This document shows, piece after piece, positions 61,971 through 64,000 of a DNA stretch of 64,000 nucleotides (position 1 is the stretch's first letter; every line of letters begins with the position of its first letter). The notes beneath the pieces were generated by a model. It was given only the letters and a program-made list of their open reading frames with translations, was not told where the DNA came from and did not search any database. The position numbers and the translations under genes are program-made. Origin of the DNA: Alphaproteobacteria bacterium (GTDB lineage: Bacteria > Pseudomonadota > Alphaproteobacteria > Bin95); contig OZ219787.1 of assembly GCA_964291285.2 (NCBI GenBank), positions 1,824,001-1,888,000 on the forward strand, in the 5' to 3' direction.

Positions 61971-64000
61971 GCCGAGAGTCCCCTGCCCTGGTCCCGCACG
62001 GCCTGGCGCCGTGTGATCGCGGCGGCCTGGCGGGTCCAGACTTCCTCGTTGATGTGGGCGATGCCGTCAGCGAAGCCCGGAGGAAGGCCCTGGGCGATGC
62101 GTCGCGTTGATATGGGTTCGCGGGTCTGGGCGGCGTGGTCGAGGAAAGCGCGGACCATGGAGAGCGATTGCTTTGGCCATGCGCGGCTCTGGCGGGCGAA
62201 CTCGTAGACCGCCTCCGGATTGCGTTCGTCTTCCGGCAGGAAAGTCTGGCGGATGAGGCCGGCGAACTCGCCGGGGTCGAAGCGCTGGTCCTGGACGATG
62301 TCGTCGGAGCCGGGGCGCAGCGCGACCTGGTGGGGCTCCCGGTTGGCAGAGCGGGCCGCCTGGCGGATCGCGCGGAGTTCCTCGGCGATATCGACCAGGT
62401 CGACCCTCTTGCGGTCGATGTGGTCGCGGTGGGCGGGATCCTCGTTGGCGAACCAGTTGTCGAAGGTCTGGACGATCTTCTCGGCGCGGACGTCCCAGCG
62501 GCGGTATTCGGGGCTGATGTTCTTGAGGGGCGTTCCGGGTTCCGTTGGTCCATGGCGCTCGAGGATGGCCTGGTAGTGGGCGAGATGTTCGCGGCCCCGG
62601 GAGACCGCGCCGACGATTTCGTCGCGGACACGGGTCTCGCTTTCCAGGACAGCCTTGAGGCTCGTGAGGAAGCTGCGGTCGCCGGGGGTGAGATGCGGGC
62701 TTGTGAGGACGCGGTTGATGTCGGGTTTGAGTGCTTCGATGCCGGGCTGGTAGATGAGGGCGGTTTCGCCGGCGGCGATGTCGGCGTCTTCCCAGGCCTC
62801 CCGGATACGGGCGCACTCCCGGTCCACGATCTCCGGAGGGTCGATGAGGATGTCGTGCGAAAGCGGTCCGTCCATGTCGGGCTCCATGTTCCGGATTTCG
62901 ATCGGATGAGGAGCGTTGCGGGCGGCTTCGACGAGTTCGGACGCGGCGCGGTCCTTGCCGGCGCCGAAAGTCCAGAGAGTGGCGGGAGGGATGCCGATCA
63001 GGAGCGTGTCGCGGTCCTGGAGGTGGTGTGCGGCGTAGGTGGTCGGGCGGTGCGTAACGCAGGCGACCCCGTGCATGGCGGCCCATTCGGCAGCGTGCAG
63101 CCCGGCTCCTTCGTGGTTTATGCAGTGGATGACGAGGGGGGTGTCGGGCGTGCGGGCGCGCTCGGCGTTGAGCAGCTCGGCGACGCGGTGACCGTGCTCA
63201 CGTCCGAGGGAACGGCCTCCGACGATGGCCAGATGGCGGCCGTCAGGGGCGAGGGTTTCGGTCTTGTGGAGATCGCGTGCGCGCTTCTGGCGCTCCATGA
63301 GCCAGTCGCCGGCGCTCTGCGTGGTGGCGGGCGCCCGGGCATGCGGGCGAAGACCGGTCCATTTGGAAACGGCCTTCTCCGCGTATCCCGACAGTTCCCG
63401 AAGGTAGGAGGCGGTCTCCCGGAGACGGGGCAGGCGATTGGCGCCCTTGCCGGTCCGGGATATGTGCTGCAGGGACTTGTCCACCTCGCGCTGAAGGGTG
63501 CGGAAGATGGCCGCGAACCGCGAGAGCAGCATGTCGCGGTCGGAGGGGACGAGGTCGGAGGGTTCGACGGCGCTGGGATGGTCGTCGGGACAGAGCGTGG
63601 CGATATTCGTGTAGATGGTGTCGATCAGCTGGCGATGCGCAGCGCGAAGCTCGGAGTGGCGTTGCCGGATTTCTTCGGGGGTGTTGGCGCCGTCGAGGTG
63701 CCGGGTGCGCCTCCGGTCCCGCTGGTCGAAACGCCGGGACATATCGACCGTCCCGGCCTTTGCGAAGATGTCGGCGGTCGATGCGGCAAGGCTGAGATGT
63801 TCGCTGCGGGCGACGAGGTCCTGGTAGGCCTGGTCTCGCTCGTGAAGTTCGGCTGGCGAGAGCATGTACTCGAAGGCCTCGCCGCTCTGTTCCCGGTCTG
63901 GTTCGCTTCGGGCGAGCGCAAGGTGCTCCCGCTCGGACCCGGGAGTGTTTTCGAGGTTCAGGCCCGCGCGCTCGCGGCGTTCGGTTGCGAGGCGCTCGTC
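61967..64000 (-). CDS. Large mobile-element protein with a SLOG/DUF2493-like domain (5' end outside the window)
   Basis: Frame is open to 64000; LAIVGGR...GAGLHAAEWAAMHGV...RD.LLI; ends RDQGRGLSA, like many conjugative-element proteins. Confidence 0.6.
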   Translation of the reverse strand, partial: DERLATERRERAGLNLENTPGSEREHLALARSEPDREQSGEAFEYMLSPAELHERDQAYQDLVARSEHLSLAASTADIFAKAGTVDMSRRFDQRDRRRTRHLDGANTPEEIRQRHSELRAAHRQLIDTIYTNIATLCPDDHPSAVEPSDLVPSDRDMLLSRFAAIFRTLQREVDKSLQHISRTGKGANRLPRLRETASYLRELSGYAEKAVSKWTGLRPHARAPATTQSAGDWLMERQKRARDLHKTETLAPDGRHLAIVGGRSLGREHGHRVAELLNAERARTPDTPLVIHCINHEGAGLHAAEWAAMHGVACVTHRPTTYAAHHLQDRDTLLIGIPPATLWTFGAGKDRAASELVEAARNAPHPIEIRNMEPDMDGPLSHDILIDPPEIVDRECARIREAWEDADIAAGETALIYQPGIEALKPDINRVLTSPHLTPGDRSFLTSLKAVLESETRVRDEIVGAVSRGREHLAHYQAILERHGPTEPGTPLKNISPEYRRWDVRAEKIVQTFDNWFANEDPAHRDHIDRKRVDLVDIAEELRAIRQAARSANREPHQVALRPGSDDIVQDQRFDPGEFAGLIRQTFLPEDERNPEAVYEFARQSRAWPKQSLSMVRAFLDHAAQTREPISTRRIAQGLPPGFADGIAHINEEVWTRQAAAITRRQAVRDQGRGLSA

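Overview
GC-rich bacterial DNA, probably alphaproteobacterial (inferred from DUF4170 and the style of the GlnE-like domain). Core-type genes (ABC ATPase, DUF4170, ThDP enzyme, CoA ligase) end abruptly at ~2885. The rest is an accessory region crowded with insertion sequences: four copies of a 1939-bp IS1182/IS5-like element, IS1380, IS21, IS256, IS630, two IS66 types, IS1182, IS1634, ISAs1 and ISKra4 remnants, an unclassified 777-aa DDE element and a group II intron 5' fragment. One block is nested five deep. Removing the IS elements leaves a cargo cluster: RND pumps, APS kinase, two sulfotransferases, a MATE exporter, an Ntn acylase, and an AlkB-type di-iron hydroxylase fused to a degenerate GlnE adenylyltransferase domain. 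The right end looks plasmid/ICE-derived: a VirD4-like tail, a 12 x 105-bp palindrome-rich array directly upstream of a membrane-anchored integrase arm-binding-domain protein, a serine resolvase, and a large SLOG/DUF2493-like protein. The strongest novelty candidates are the array plus membrane-anchored DNA binder, the AlkB-GlnE fusion with its sulfation cluster, and a 207-bp non-coding mobile unit without terminal inverted repeats. All family calls come from recognising motifs by eye; no database searches were run.
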